DNA from: Macrostomum lignano | Lineage: Eukaryota | Direction of reading: 5' to 3' | NCBI GenBank assembly: GCA_002269645.1 | Contig: NIVC01000665.1 | Location: 62,001 to 126,000, forward strand | Length of the DNA: 64,000 nucleotides | Part shown: positions 24,301 to 35,769 of the stretch, in pieces | How positions within the stretch are numbered: position 1 is the stretch's first letter | How the letters are laid out: each line of letters begins with the position of its first letter | Made by a program: the position numbers and the translations under genes | Notes under the pieces: generated by a model | The model's input: the letters and a program-made list of their open reading frames with translations, nothing else | Told to the model about the DNA's origin: nothing | Database searches by the model: none

Positions 24301-27300
24301 CATTTTTTTATTAGAGGCAGGGGGTTGTGTGCACCCTGGCGCACTTTAAGCGACATAGGCACACAACCGGCGAGAGGCATTACTGCCCATTCCGCCGACT
24401 CCCCTGAGCAGGCATACAAGCGCGCGGATACGTACGCAGGCACACACTCACACAGGAGTGTACAGCGGCCCTAGCTTTATTTACCGTTAGGCATGTACAC
24501 TTCACTGCGCCTTGGGGGGTTGGCCCTCAAGGCCGTTAATTGCACGAGCAGAGCCAAGCCGAGATTCTAATTCAGCCCCAAATTAATGTGACTGCACTTG
24601 GAATCGAGCCTGGGTCGCTGGCACACCAGAGCAGCTGCGCTACCGCTGGGCTACGGCCCCCTCTTAGGAGATTCCATAAAGCTATTAGGGGATTCCATGA
24701 AGGTTATTAGGGGATTCCATGAAGATATTAGGATATTCTATGAAGGTTATTAGGGGATTCCATGAAGGTTATTAGGTGATGCCATGAAACTACTTGGACA
24801 TGACTTTAAACTAGACAAGTTAGCAAGCATTAAAAACGCCTTTATACGATCGTAAATCATTAGGTAAAATTGACACTCACGCAGCAACTGTCAATTGGTG
24901 TGAATCCAGCGATGAAAAAGCGACCCTATGTTCTCATTCCCAATTTCATTCCAGTCAACAGCACCAATGTGAGCACGAAATGCCGCGCCCCATCCGAGGA
25001 GTTTTATGAGTAAGCCTCGGTTGTTTTGTAAATTGGGGTAGTAAAAATGTAAAGTCTAAAAATGTAAAAATGTAAACTTTTAAACTCGAAGTAAATTCTG
25101 GGCCTTCTTGATAATTATGAGAAGCACAGATTTGTATTTACTTTAAAAGTACAAAACATCAGTTTTTGTGGAATACTATCGAATTATCCTGTAAAAAACT
25201 TTATACGAAAGTGCACGTGTGTACTTTGAAAGGACATAAATTAGCGTGTACGAATAAAAGCATTGGAAAATGCGTTTTCCTAAAGTGCATGTGCACTTTT
25301 GAAGTAGCGGTATAAGGTTTTTATTGTAAGTGCATGGATGCGTACTTTAGAAGTGCAAAAATCAGAACCCAAGCACGGGGGCTTGTTCTAAAATCTGCAT
25401 GTGTACTTTTAAAATATTGTTAGGAAGCTTCATAGCAACAGAAAATCTTAAACTTAAACACACCACAGATCAAATTATCCTGTAAAATAACGTGATACAA
25501 AAGTGCACGCGTACATTGAAAGTACATGCATCAGCATGTACGAATCAAAGCAGTGGAAATATTTCCCAAAAGTACGTGTGCACTTTTAAAGTATAAGGTT
25601 TGTATTACAAGTGCATGCAAACTTTAAAAGTACAAAAATCAGAATCCAAGCAGGGGGCTTTTCCTGAAAAGTGCACGTGCACTTTTAAATTATTGTTATA
25701 AAGTTTCACAATAACATAAAATATTGAATTTAAACGCACCCCAGGCGCTATGTGCTGCGGCTGACATCCAGTATTGAGGACTACGGCGATTTTAATTGGC
25801 GGCTAGCCATAGCTCTTTTCATAGCCTGGATCGTCGTCACCCTGGTGCTGATCAAAGGCATCCAGTCGCTGGGCAAAGTGTCCTACTTTACCGCCATCTT
25901 CCCCTACCTGATGCTCACAGCCATGCTCATCCGGGGCGCCACCCTGCCCGGCGCGCTGCAAGGCGTGCTGTTCTACGTCAAGCCCAAGTGGGGTCGCCTG
26001 CTGGACTATAAGGTGCGTTGAAACTGCTGTCCCTCTCTGACCTGCGACTTATGGGCTGTGCCTGTCTCCGCATCTCTCTCTCATATGCCTGAGTTAAATT
26101 GAGAGATAAAAATCTCATACCACTGATTGCAGCATCAATCTCATAGCGGATTGTATCAATCTCATAATGGATTGTATCAATCTCATAATGGATTCTATCA
26201 ATCTCATAATGGATTCTATCAATCTCATATGGATTCTATCAATCTCATAGTGGATTCTATCAATCTCATAATAGATTCTATCAATACCATAATGGATTGT
26301 ATCAATCTTATAATGGATTCTATCAATCTTATATTGGATTCTATCAATCTTATATTGGATTCTATCAATCTTATAATAAATCCAATCAATCTCAATAGAT
26401 TCTATCAATCTCATAATGGATTGTATCAATCTCATAGCGGATTGAATCAATCTCATAATGGATTCTATCAATCTCATAATGGATTCTATCAATCTCATAT
26501 GGATTCTATCAATCTCATAATGGATTGTATCAATCTCATAGCGGATTGAATCAATCTCAATGGATTGTATCAATCTCATAATGGATTGCATCAATCTCAT
26601 AGCGGATTGAATCAATCTCATAATGGATTGCATCAATCTCATATGGATTCTATCAATCTCATAGTGGATTCTATCAATCTCATAATATATTCTATCAATA
26701 CCATAATGGATTGTATCAATCTTATAATGGATTCTATCAATCTTATATTGGATTCTATCAATCTTATATTGGATTCTATCAATCTTATAATAAATCCAAT
26801 CAATCTCAATAGATTCTATCAATCTCATAATGGATTGTATCAATCTCATAGCGGATTGAATCAATCTCAATGGATTGTATCAATCTCATAATGGATTGCA
26901 TCAATCTCATAGCGGATTGAATCAATCTCATAATGGATTGCATCAATCTCATAATGGATTGCATCAATCTCATAATGGATTGTATCAATCTCATAATGGA
27001 TTCCATCAACCTCAGCCTTGATTGTATCTATCTTTATGTACTTTTTACCAAATTATCGTATTTTTCTCACTTTTCTCACCCTTCTTTCACCATCGCAGGT
27101 GTGGATGGAGGCGGCCACGCAAATTTTCTTCAGCCTGTCCTGCTGCAACGGCGGCCTCATAGCCATGAGCTCTTACAATAAATTCCGCAACAACTGCCAG
27201 CGAGACGCTGTGATTGTGGCCCTGATCAACTGCGCCACCTCCGTCTTTGCCGGCTTTGTCATCTTCTGCAACCTCGGCTTCATGGCGCACAAGAAGAACG

Positions 27301-30300
27301 TTAGAGTAGAGGACGTTGCCAAAGGCGGGCCAGGCCTGGCCTTTGTGGTGTACCCGGAGGCGCTGACGCACATGCCGCTGTCGCCTCTGTGGGCCGTTCT
27401 GTTCTTCATAATGATGGCCACGCTGGGTTTTGGTTCGCAGGTGAGTGATATTTTTTTCTATTTTTAGATTTTAGAAGAACGTACGTTTCCTATGTACACT
27501 TATAGACAGTCGCGGTGTACATTGAATTAGGGGTTTTCCAGGCTAAAAATAGCCTGTTGAAGATGTACATTTCTAGGGTTCATGCTTGGGCGCAACCTTG
27601 GGATTCACTCGGCCGTTTCTATTGGCAACACACACATGTAAGTCGCTTTTGGACGGAATAGTAGTCACGTGACTGCTCTCAGCCAATAGCGACTTACATG
27701 TGTGTGTTGCCAATAGAAACGGCCGGGTGATTCCCAAAGTTGCGCAGGTTTAAAAAAATAAATCGTTTAATAGTTTATTGTTTGAAACGAAAGGTTTGAG
27801 TAAGCGAATTTATAAATTATTTGTCAATGAACGAACGTATGTAGCTGGTGAGTAAGTATTTTGTATGTACAAAGTAGTTGGAGGTTGATAGTCCCCGTGG
27901 GCGGGGCGAAGAACAATAGGCAGAAAACAAAATATAATTGAATGAGCACTGGTTACAACAACCCTAAGTTGAGAGTGAGAGAGCACTGATCAGTGCTCAT
28001 TCAATTATCTAAAAATAGCTACAACCATGACGTCATTGACAGCATGCTAAAAATAGCCGAAAACCCTCTCCATAGTCTACACTCCTAGGGGTTTCCTGGT
28101 TAAAAATAGCTCTTCCTGAAACTGTATTTGCCGTTTTCAATTCGTCAATTGCTTTTCCAAATACGGGCAGAGATTAGGAAGAGAAGATGCGGCGGCAAAA
28201 TACAGTTTCAGGTGACAAAAGCAAGGTATTTATCGAAGGCGTTGCTTAAGCTTAGCAAGGTAATAGACTTAAGCCCAGGTGAATACTAAGCTGCAGTCGG
28301 TTTGCATCACCTGCCGAGGAAATGGGAAACCTTTAATTAGACGCACAAAGACAGAAAGGGGCGTGACGAGCTGCGGAAATTTCGAAAAAATTATCTGTCT
28401 GCTTTGACTGATTAGGGTTGATGAAGAGAGAGGAGAATGCAAAGCTAGCCGGAATAGTAAGCACCGTTTTATTAAATCTTCAGGCCATGTAACTGTCTGA
28501 ATTATTTATTGGCTGTAATTTTTATAAGCAGACCTATTGTCCAGAAATTTGGTGCAGCCATCTCATCAAAATGCTCTCTCTTATCTGATGCGGCCATCTC
28601 ATCAAAATGCTTTCTTATCTGATGCGGCCATCTCATCAAAATGCTTTCTTATCTGATGCGGCCATCTCATCAAACTGCTCTCTCTCATCTGATGCGGCCA
28701 TCTCATCAAAATGCTCTCTCTTATCTGATGCGGCCATCTCATCAAAATGCTTTCTTATCTGATGCGGCCATCTCATCAAACTGCTCTCTCTCATCTGATG
28801 CGGCCATCTCATCAAACTGCTCTCTCTCATCTGATGCGGCCATCTCATCAAAATGCTCTCTCTTATCTGATGCGGCCATCTCATCAAAATGCTTTCTTAT
28901 CTGATGCGGCCATCTCATCAAAATGCTTTCTTATCTGATGCGGCCATCTCATCAAAATGCTCTCTTATCTGATGCGGCCATCTCATCAAACTGCTCTCTT
29001 ATCTGATGCGGCCATCTCATCAAACTGCTCTCTCTCATCTGATGCGGCCATCTCATCAAAATGCTCTCTCTTATCTGATGCGGCCATCTCATCAAAATGC
29101 TCTCTCTTATCTGATGCGGCCATCTCATCAAAATGCTCTCTCTTATCTGATGCGGCCATCTCATCAAAATGCTCTCTCTTATCTGATGCGGCCATCTCAT
29201 CAAAATGCTTTCTTATCTGATGCGGCCATCTCATCAAAATGCTTTCTTATCTGATGCGGCCATCTCATCAAAATGCTCTCTTATCTGATGCGGCCATCTC
29301 ATCAAACTGCTCTCTTATCTGATGCGGCCATCTCATCAAACTGCTCTCTTATCTGATGCGGCCATCTCATCAAACTGCTCTCTTATCTGATGCGGCCATC
29401 TCATCAAAATGCTCTCTTATCTGATGCGGCCATCTCATCAAACTGCTCTCTCTTATCTGATGCGGCCATCTCATCAAACTGCTCTCTCTCATCTGATGCG
29501 GCCATCTCATCAAAATGCTCTCTCTCATCTGATGCGGCCATCTCATCAAACTGCTCTCTCTCATCTGATGCGGCCATCTCATCAAAATGCTCTCTCTTAT
29601 CTGATGCGGCCATCTCATCAAACTGCTCTCTCTTATCTGATGCGGCCATCTCATCAAACTGCTCTCTTATCTGATGCGGCCATCTCATCAAACTGCTCTC
29701 TTATCTGATGCGGCCATCTCATCAAAATGCTCTCTCTTATCTGATGCGGCCATCTCATCAAAATGCTCTCTTATCTGATGCGGCCATCTCATCAAACTGC
29801 TCTCTCTTATCTGATGCGGCCATCTCATCAAAATGCTCTCTCTCTCATCTGATGCGGCCATCTCATCAAAATGCTTTCTCATCTGATGCGGCCATCTCAT
29901 CAAAATGCTTTCTCATCTGATGCGGCCATCTCATCAAAATGCTTTCTCATCTGATGCGGCCATCTCATCAAACTGCTCTCTCTTATCTGATGCGGCCATC
30001 TCATCAAACTGCTCTCTCATCTGATGCGGCCATCTCATCAAACTGCTCTCTCTTATCTGATGCGGCCATCTCATCAAAATGCTCTCTCATCTGATGCGGC
30101 CATCTCATCAAAATGCTCTCTCATCTGATGCGGCCATCTCATCAAAATGCTCTCTCTTATCTGATGCGGCCATCTCATCAAACTGCTCTCTCTTATCTGA
30201 TGCGGCCATCTCATCAAACTGCTCTCTCATCTGATGCGGCCATCTCATCAAACTGCTCTCTCTTATCTGATGCGGCCATCTCATCAAACTGCTCTCTCTC

Positions 30301-31348
30301 ATCTGATGCGGCCATCTCATCAAACTGCTCTCTCTCATCTGATGCGGCCATCTCATCAAAACATGCTCTGACACCGCCGCCCTCCCCAATCCAGTTCTCA
30401 ATCACAGAGACTGTGCTCTGCGCCTTCCAAGACGAACTCCGCGCAATGGGCGTGATGGGCGCGTCAAAGAAGCACGCGGTGATCTACAGAGTGATCGTGT
30501 GCAGTTTTCTGTTTCTGCTCGGCCTGACCATGTGCTTCGGCGGCGGCATGTACCTGTTGAACCTGGTGGACAATGCGGTTTCAACCTTCCCACTGCTGGT
30601 GTGCTGTATAGTTGAGCTAGTAGTGCTGATGTACATCTATCCATACAAGCAGCTGGCGGAGGACATCCGCCTCATGGTGGGCGGCAAGCCGAACATCTAC
30701 TGGCGCGCCACCTGGGTGGTGATCACCCCGCTGGTCATGGTGATCCTCATCATACTCATGGCCGTCTTCAACGAGCCCATCACGTACGGCACCTACAAGT
30801 ACAGCCCGCCGTTCCAGCTGCTCTGCGTCCTCATCGGGCTGTTCATCATCGCCTGGATCCCGGCCCTCGCCATCTATCGCTACTGCCGCGAGGGCGGCTG
30901 GATCCTGCTGCGCGAGTTCCTCAAGCCCGTGGAGGACTGGGGCCCCGCCAAGCCCAAGCACCGCAGCCAGTTCCTGAACAACCTGGCCCAGGAATCAACT
31001 GAGGGCCCGGCCGCCTTCTTCCAGTCTAAGCTCAGCATCGCCGCGGAGATGCAGCGAGCCGCCAGCAAGGAGTCGGGCTTGAACCGCATCCGAACCAACA
31101 CTGGCTCCTTCTCTGCGCTGCAGCACATCGACTCGCAGCTGATCTCGTCCGCTGCCAACCTCGCTCACGAGCAGCAGTGCCTGCAGCAGTGCCAGCAGCA
31201 GCCTCCGCAGCAGCAGCAACAGCAGCTACCTTTTGCCGCTTTTTCAATCGGCGAACCTCTGCCTGAGGATAAGGAGTCTGCCTCCTCCATCACTGGCTCC
31301 TCAGCTCCTCAATCGCCTAGTAAGGCCGCTGCCCAGACTGAAGTCTGA
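21056..31348 (+). CDS. SLC6: SLC6 (neurotransmitter:sodium symporter) amino-acid-type transporter, GlyT/proline-transporter-like; exons 21056-21344, 22331-22462, 23456-23701, 24955-25009, 25745-26012, 27099-27440, 30395-31348; probable upstream exon 13415-13591
   Basis: R-x-x-W...[28 protein letters not shown] (TM1-2), [62 protein letters not shown]. Gly (not Asp) in TM1 indicates an amino-acid rather than monoamine transporter. Splice phases are consistent. The exact subfamily is not assignable by eye. Confidence 0.93.
21375..22210. repeat. ~30-bp minisatellite in SLC6 intron
   Basis: CACTGACTCTTCCCATACACCCTGATCCCAAATCC variants. Confidence 0.93.
22331..22462 (+). CDS. SLC6: SLC6 exon TM2 (GAFLLPY...PLFKG)
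   Basis: ccgcag|GA ... AAAG|gtgagt, phase 1 to 1. Confidence 0.93.
22548..22985. repeat. 32-39-bp minisatellite in SLC6 intron
   Basis: GATTAGAGAGTAGGTAGCGGATAGTGGAGAGTG, later units with an inserted TTCGAAG. Confidence 0.92.
23456..23701 (+). CDS. SLC6: SLC6 exon TM3 and EL2
   Basis: ttccag|GC; YYNVIV...LPWESC; T|gtgagt. Confidence 0.92.
23733..24790. repeat. 21-bp minisatellite split by a SINE insertion
   Basis: GAAGCTATTAGGGGATTCCAT units at 23733-24303, resuming at 24664-24790. Confidence 0.92.
24304..24663 (-). mobile_element. tRNA-derived SINE, full length (~360 bp)
   Basis: Minus-strand head GGGGGCCGTAGCCCAGCGGTAGCG...GGCTCGATTCC (Pol III A and B boxes); 3' AATAAAAAAA tail; flanking direct repeat TTAGGAGATTCCAT (24290-24303, 24664-24677). 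Confidence 0.82.
24955..25009 (+). CDS. SLC6: SLC6 55-nt exon ([18 protein letters not shown])
   Basis: attccag|TC ... GA|gtaagc; supplies the conserved PSEEFY motif; phase 1 to 2. Confidence 0.88.
25150..25720. repeat. Diverged ~300-bp duplication built from AAAAGT(G/A)CA..TGTACTTTT palindromic submotifs
   Basis: Paired segments 25160-25410 and 25470-25690; perfect palindrome AAAAGTGCACGTGCACTTTT near 25667-25686. Confidence 0.6.
25745..26012 (+). CDS. SLC6: SLC6 exon TM4-5
   Basis: ccccag|G CGC TAT; [18 protein letters not shown]; AAG|gtgcgt. Confidence 0.93.
26135..27005. repeat. 21-bp minisatellite with higher-order duplication
   Basis: ATCAATCTCATAATGGATT(C/G)T units; the variant series is repeated ~420 bp apart. 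Confidence 0.93.
27099..27440 (+). CDS. SLC6: SLC6 exon TM6-8
   Basis: tcgcag|GTG TGG; [13 protein letters not shown]...LGFGSQ; CAG|gtgagt. Confidence 0.94.
27581..27749. mobile_element. Palindromic MITE, copy 2 (in SLC6 intron)
   Basis: GCGCAACCTTGGGATTCAC...GTGATTCCCAAAGTTGCGC with central TAGTCACGTGACT; homologous to 9210-9381. Confidence 0.78.
28553..30362. repeat. ~36-42-bp minisatellite (~1.8 kb) in the last SLC6 intron
   Basis: Invariant TCTGATGCGGCCATCTCATCAAA plus variable (A/C)TG(CT)n(T/C)A; source of ORFs 28636-30401. Confidence 0.95.
30395..31348 (+). CDS. SLC6: SLC6 terminal exon TM8-12 plus Q-rich C-tail ending QTEV*
   Basis: aatccag|TTC; in frame with ORF 30113-31348; TGA at 31346-31348. 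Confidence 0.93.
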   Translation, partial: FSITETVLCAFQDELRAMGVMGASKKHAVIYRVIVCSFLFLLGLTMCFGGGMYLLNLVDNAVSTFPLLVCCIVELVVLMYIYPYKQLAEDIRLMVGGKPNIYWRATWVVITPLVMVILIILMAVFNEPITYGTYKYSPPFQLLCVLIGLFIIAWIPALAIYRYCREGGWILLREFLKPVEDWGPAKPKHRSQFLNNLAQESTEGPAAFFQSKLSIAAEMQRAASKESGLNRIRTNTGSFSALQHIDSQLISSAANLAHEQQCLQQCQQQPPQQQQQQLPFAAFSIGEPLPEDKESASSITGSSAPQSPSKAAAQTEV

Positions 31349-31539
31349 CTGCCGGCACCTGCCGATCGATCGAGGTGGCTGACCGCATCGCGGGATCCTG
31401 GCTCTTGACAATAATTTCTGCAACCATTATAGCTGGGGACTCGATTTTATAGTTTTAGATAAGTTTGATTGATCAAACTGGCAAGAGGGGTTCCGCCTTC
31501 ACGACAAATTCTTTTTGCTGTGTTACAAGTACTTAATTA

Positions 31540-31762
31540 GTCAGTGAGTCAGTGAGTCAGTCAGTCAGTCAGTCAGTCAGTTAGTCAGTCAGTCAGCCAG
31601 TTAGTTAGTCAGTCAGTCAGGCAGTTAGTTAGTTAGTTAGTCAGCCAGTTAGTTAGTCAGTCAGTCAGTTAGTTAGTCAGTCAGTCAGTCAGTCAGTCAG
31701 TCAGTCAGTCAGTCAGTCAGTCAGTCAGTCAGTCAGTCAGTCAGTCAGTCAGTCAGTCAGTC

Positions 31763-31835
<73 letters not shown>

Positions 31836-31862
31836 ATTAGTTAGTTAGTTAGTTAGTCAGTC

Positions 31863-31909
<47 letters not shown>

Positions 31910-31970
31910 CAACCAGTTAGTTAGTTAGTCAGTCAGTTAGTTAGTTAGTCAGTTAGTTAGTTAGTCAGTC

Positions 31971-32017
<47 letters not shown>

Positions 32018-32074
32018 CAGTCAGTTAGTTAGTTAGTTAGTTAGTTAATTAGTTAGTTAGTTAGTTAGTCAGTC

Positions 32075-32119
<45 letters not shown>

Positions 32120-32146
32120 ATTAGTTAGTTAGTTAGTTAGTCAGTC

Positions 32147-32195
<49 letters not shown>

Positions 32196-32226
32196 ATTAG
32201 TTAGTTAGTTAGTTAGTTAGTCAACC

Positions 32227-32272
<46 letters not shown>

Positions 32273-32394
32273 CGAGTTAGTTAGCCAGTTAGTTAGCCAG
32301 TTAGTGAGCCAGTTAGTTAGCCAGTTAGTGAGCCAGTTAGTGAGCCAGTTAGTGAGCCAGTTAGTTAGCCAGTTAGTGAGCCAGTTAGTGAGCT
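31540..32394. repeat. Compound tetranucleotide microsatellite (GTCA)n/(GTTA)n ending in GCCA-GTTA-GTGA 12-mers
   Basis: Directly visible. Confidence 0.95.
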
Positions 32395-33189
32395 TTTTTC
32401 CCACATTACAAGCAAAGTGATTTCAGCTCAAAAAGGAAGCTTAATGAATTAAAAAAAATATTGCGTGGGCGGAATTGCGAAGTCGTTAATTTTGTTTTTA
32501 CTGTTTTTTTCTCGGCTTGAAATTCTGCAATACATTTAATTGCTTGACTTGTCTGTTATTTTTCACCGTTACGCCCTACTACTGCTTTGTTTTAAATGTT
32601 AGTAGTTTGGGGCGATTTTTTGCATGTTTTTTTCAATTTTATTTTGCACAGCTTGATTTTTCGGCATAATGACCGCCACCCACCAAGAACTGCTCACGAA
32701 AACCAACTCGGTTTTGTTCTTCACTCACTCCGTTTCTGTTTGCTTGTGACTTGAAAGAGTTCAACTTATTCCCATGAATATGTACTTGATGACCCTAATA
32801 CGTTTCGTGTTTAGCTAGCACTGGCTGTCTGGGGCCAAATGCCTTAACAATATTCATGATGATACATTAGTAGTTGGTAGTTGGCCTCAGAAAATGAAAT
32901 TTGAAATTTTTACCAGACAGGCTCGCGCACCGCAGCGTGGCCCATTGGGAGTGTCCAGCGACCGTTACATCCAGACAAGCCCTTCGGGACATTCAACGAA
33001 TTCTAGTGCCTAATAGTCCAGTTGAATGTCTCGGGGCGTCGCGCTTGTCTGTTTGATCTCCCTGCCGCTCCCGTGGGTCCGTCTGGGTGTTGCTAGCGAC
33101 TGCCGGCTCAGCGCGATGCACTTTTAGCAACTTAGTTAGAGTAGCCTTTTGTTGTGCTACTGATTCTGTGAGTTTTCGGCTGTCGTCCC

Positions 33190-34185
33190 AACTAATCCCT
33201 GCCAGGTGTCTCTCTAATCCCTGCCAGGTGTCTCTCTAATCCCTGCCAGGTGTCTCTCTGATCCCTGCCAGGTGTCTCTCTAATCCCTGCCAGGTGTCTC
33301 TCTAATCCCCTCCAGATGTCTCTCTAGTCCCCTCCAGGTGTCTCTCTAATCCCTGCCAGGTGTCTCTAATCCCTGCCAGGTGTCTCTCTAATCCCTGCCA
33401 GGTGTCTCTCTAATCCACTCCATATGTCTCTCTAATCCCCTCCAGGTGTCTCTCTAATCCCTGCCAGGTGTCTCTCTAATCCCTGCCAGGTGTCTCTAAT
33501 CCCTGCCAGGTGTCTCTAATCCCTGCCAGGTGTCTCTCTAATCCCTGCCAGGTGTCTCTAATCCCTGCCAGGTGTCTCTCTAATCCCTGCCAGGTGTCTC
33601 TCTAATCCCCTCCAGGTGTCTCTCTAATCCCCTCCAGGTGTCTCTCTAATCCCATCCAGATGTCTCTCTAATCCACTCCATATGTCTCTCTAATCCCCTC
33701 CAGATGTCTCTCTAATCCCCTCCAGATGTCTCTGATCCCCTCCAGATGTCTCTCTAATCCCCTCCAGATGTCTCTCTAATCCCTGCCAGGTGTCTCTCTA
33801 ATCCCTGCCAGGTGTCTCTCTAATCCCATCCAGATGTCTCTCTAATCCACTCCATATGTCTCTCTAATCCCCTCCAGATGTCTCTCTAATCCCCTCCAGA
33901 TGTCTCTGATCCCCTCCAGATGTCTCTCTAATCCCCTCCAGATGTCTCTCTAATCCCCTCCAGATGTCTCTCTAATCCCCTCCAGATGTCTCACTAATCC
34001 CCTCCAGATGTCTCTCTAATCCCCTCCAGGTGTCTCTCTAATCCCCTCCAGGTGTCTCTCTAATCCCTGCCAGGTGTCTCTAATCCCCTCCAGGTGTCTC
34101 TGTAATACCCTTCAGATGTCTCAGTAATCCCCTCCAGATGTCTCAGTAATCCCCTCCAGATGTCTCTCTAATCCCCTCCAGATGT
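33190..34185. repeat. 20-22-bp minisatellite
   Basis: CTCTAATCCC(TG/CT)CCAG(G/A)TGTCT. Confidence 0.93.
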
Positions 34186-34581
34186 CCAGTTATTCTCAGA
34201 ACTCATTCCATTTGACTTGTATGCTCTCAAAAAATCCCTCCCAAATTCAGCTATCGCTTTTGTCCTCATCACACAGGCAATTTTATTTATTCTTTTGTTA
34301 ATCGTTCGGAGCAGCTGAAAGTTCTGCGCCTTTAAGCCTGATTTGTTTCTGTGTGGTTAATCTGTTCGTATTTTCTGTTTTGAACTACGCAGTGCAATTA
34401 GCAGTAGCTTTAATACGAGTACCAACTACAAATACAAACTGCAGTTTTATGGATTGAAGTGAAAGTCAAATGCAACTTGGGCGCTAGCCGTTACGCTGCC
34501 AGGATTTTTGTAGAAGCAAGAAGTTAAACCTTTGATTTCTTTGATTGACTCAGTTTATACATTTTAGCTGCACCGTACACT

Positions 34582-35372
34582 CTAGGCGGTGGCCTAGAAA
34601 CTGAGGGTCTGGGAGGCTGGCCCAGAAACTGAGGGTCTGGGAGGCTGGCCCAGCAACTGACACTCTGGGAGGCTGGCCCAGCAACTGAGGATCTGGGAGA
34701 CTGGCCCAGAAACTGAGGGTCTGGGAGGCTGGCCCAGAAACTGAGGGTCTGGGAGGCTGGCCCAGAAACTGAGGGTCTGGGAGGCTGGCCCAGAAACTGA
34801 GGGTCTGGGAGGCTGGCCCAGAAACTGAGGGTCTGGGAGGCTGGCCCAGAAACTGAGGGTCTGGGAGGCTGGCCCAGAAACTGAGGGTCTGGGAGGCTGG
34901 CCCAGAAACTGAGGGTCTGGGAGGCTGGCCCAGAAACTGAGGGTCTGGGAGGCTGACCCAGAAACTGAGGGTCTGGGAGGCTGGCCCAGAAACTGAGGGT
35001 CTGGGAGGCTGGCCCAGAAACTGAGGGTCTGGGAGGCTGGCCCAGAAACTGAGGGTCTGGGAGGCTGACCCAGAAACCGAGGGTCTGGGAGGCTGGCCCA
35101 GAAACTGAGGGTCTGGGAGGCTGACCCAGAAACAGGGTCTGGGAGGCTGGCCCAGAAACTGAGGATCTGGGAGGCTGGTTCAGCAACTGAGGATCTGGGA
35201 GGCTGGCCCAGCAACTGAGGGTCTGGGAGACTGGCCCAGAAACTGAGGGTCTGGGAGGCTGGCCAAGCATGCAACTGAGGATCTGGGAGGCTGGCCCAGC
35301 ATGCAACTGAGGATCTGGGAGACTGACCCAGCAACTGCGGTTCTGGGAGGCTGGCTCAGTAACTGAGGATCT
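34582..35372. repeat. 29-bp minisatellite
   Basis: CAGAAACTGAGGGTCTGGGAGGCTGGCCC, ~27 copies. Confidence 0.94.
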
Positions 35373-35769
35373 GGGGCGGCAGCTCGCCCGCTGAGTGTGT
35401 GTGTGTGCTATTGCCGGAGGACCTGGGCGGGGCTGGAACTCGGATGAACGTCAACGAAGGCTATGATTAACTGAGGCTGAGCTCTGAGAGCAGCTGAGGT
35501 TAGCGTGATCGAAAACAAGGAACAGCTCTATTGCTCAACGACTTGTATTTACTCAACGGAAGCAGGATGGCGAGACCGCAACGGACTTCGTGGTCTTCAA
35601 AGCTTCAGTTCCAGCTGCAAGTTCGACGCGTTTCTGAATGAAGCTCTTTGCAATGCTTTGCGAAGTGAAGGACATCTCAGAGTTGCTTGTAAATCTACCG
35701 TGGTTCGGAATCACCACCAAGCATCAGTCGATTTATTTAACAACAAGCCTGCGGTCAAGGACGAACGCA

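Noticed and set aside
27934-28008. 18-bp perfect inverted repeat (ATAATTGAATGAGCACTG) as a pre-miRNA
   Set aside because: Perfect Watson-Crick arms with a long unpaired loop and no G-U signature; more likely a small MITE remnant.
28553-30362. CRISPR-like array (invariant 23-nt core with variable spacers)
   Set aside because: The spacers are only (CT)n length variants rather than unique sequences, there are no cas genes, and it lies in a eukaryotic intron.
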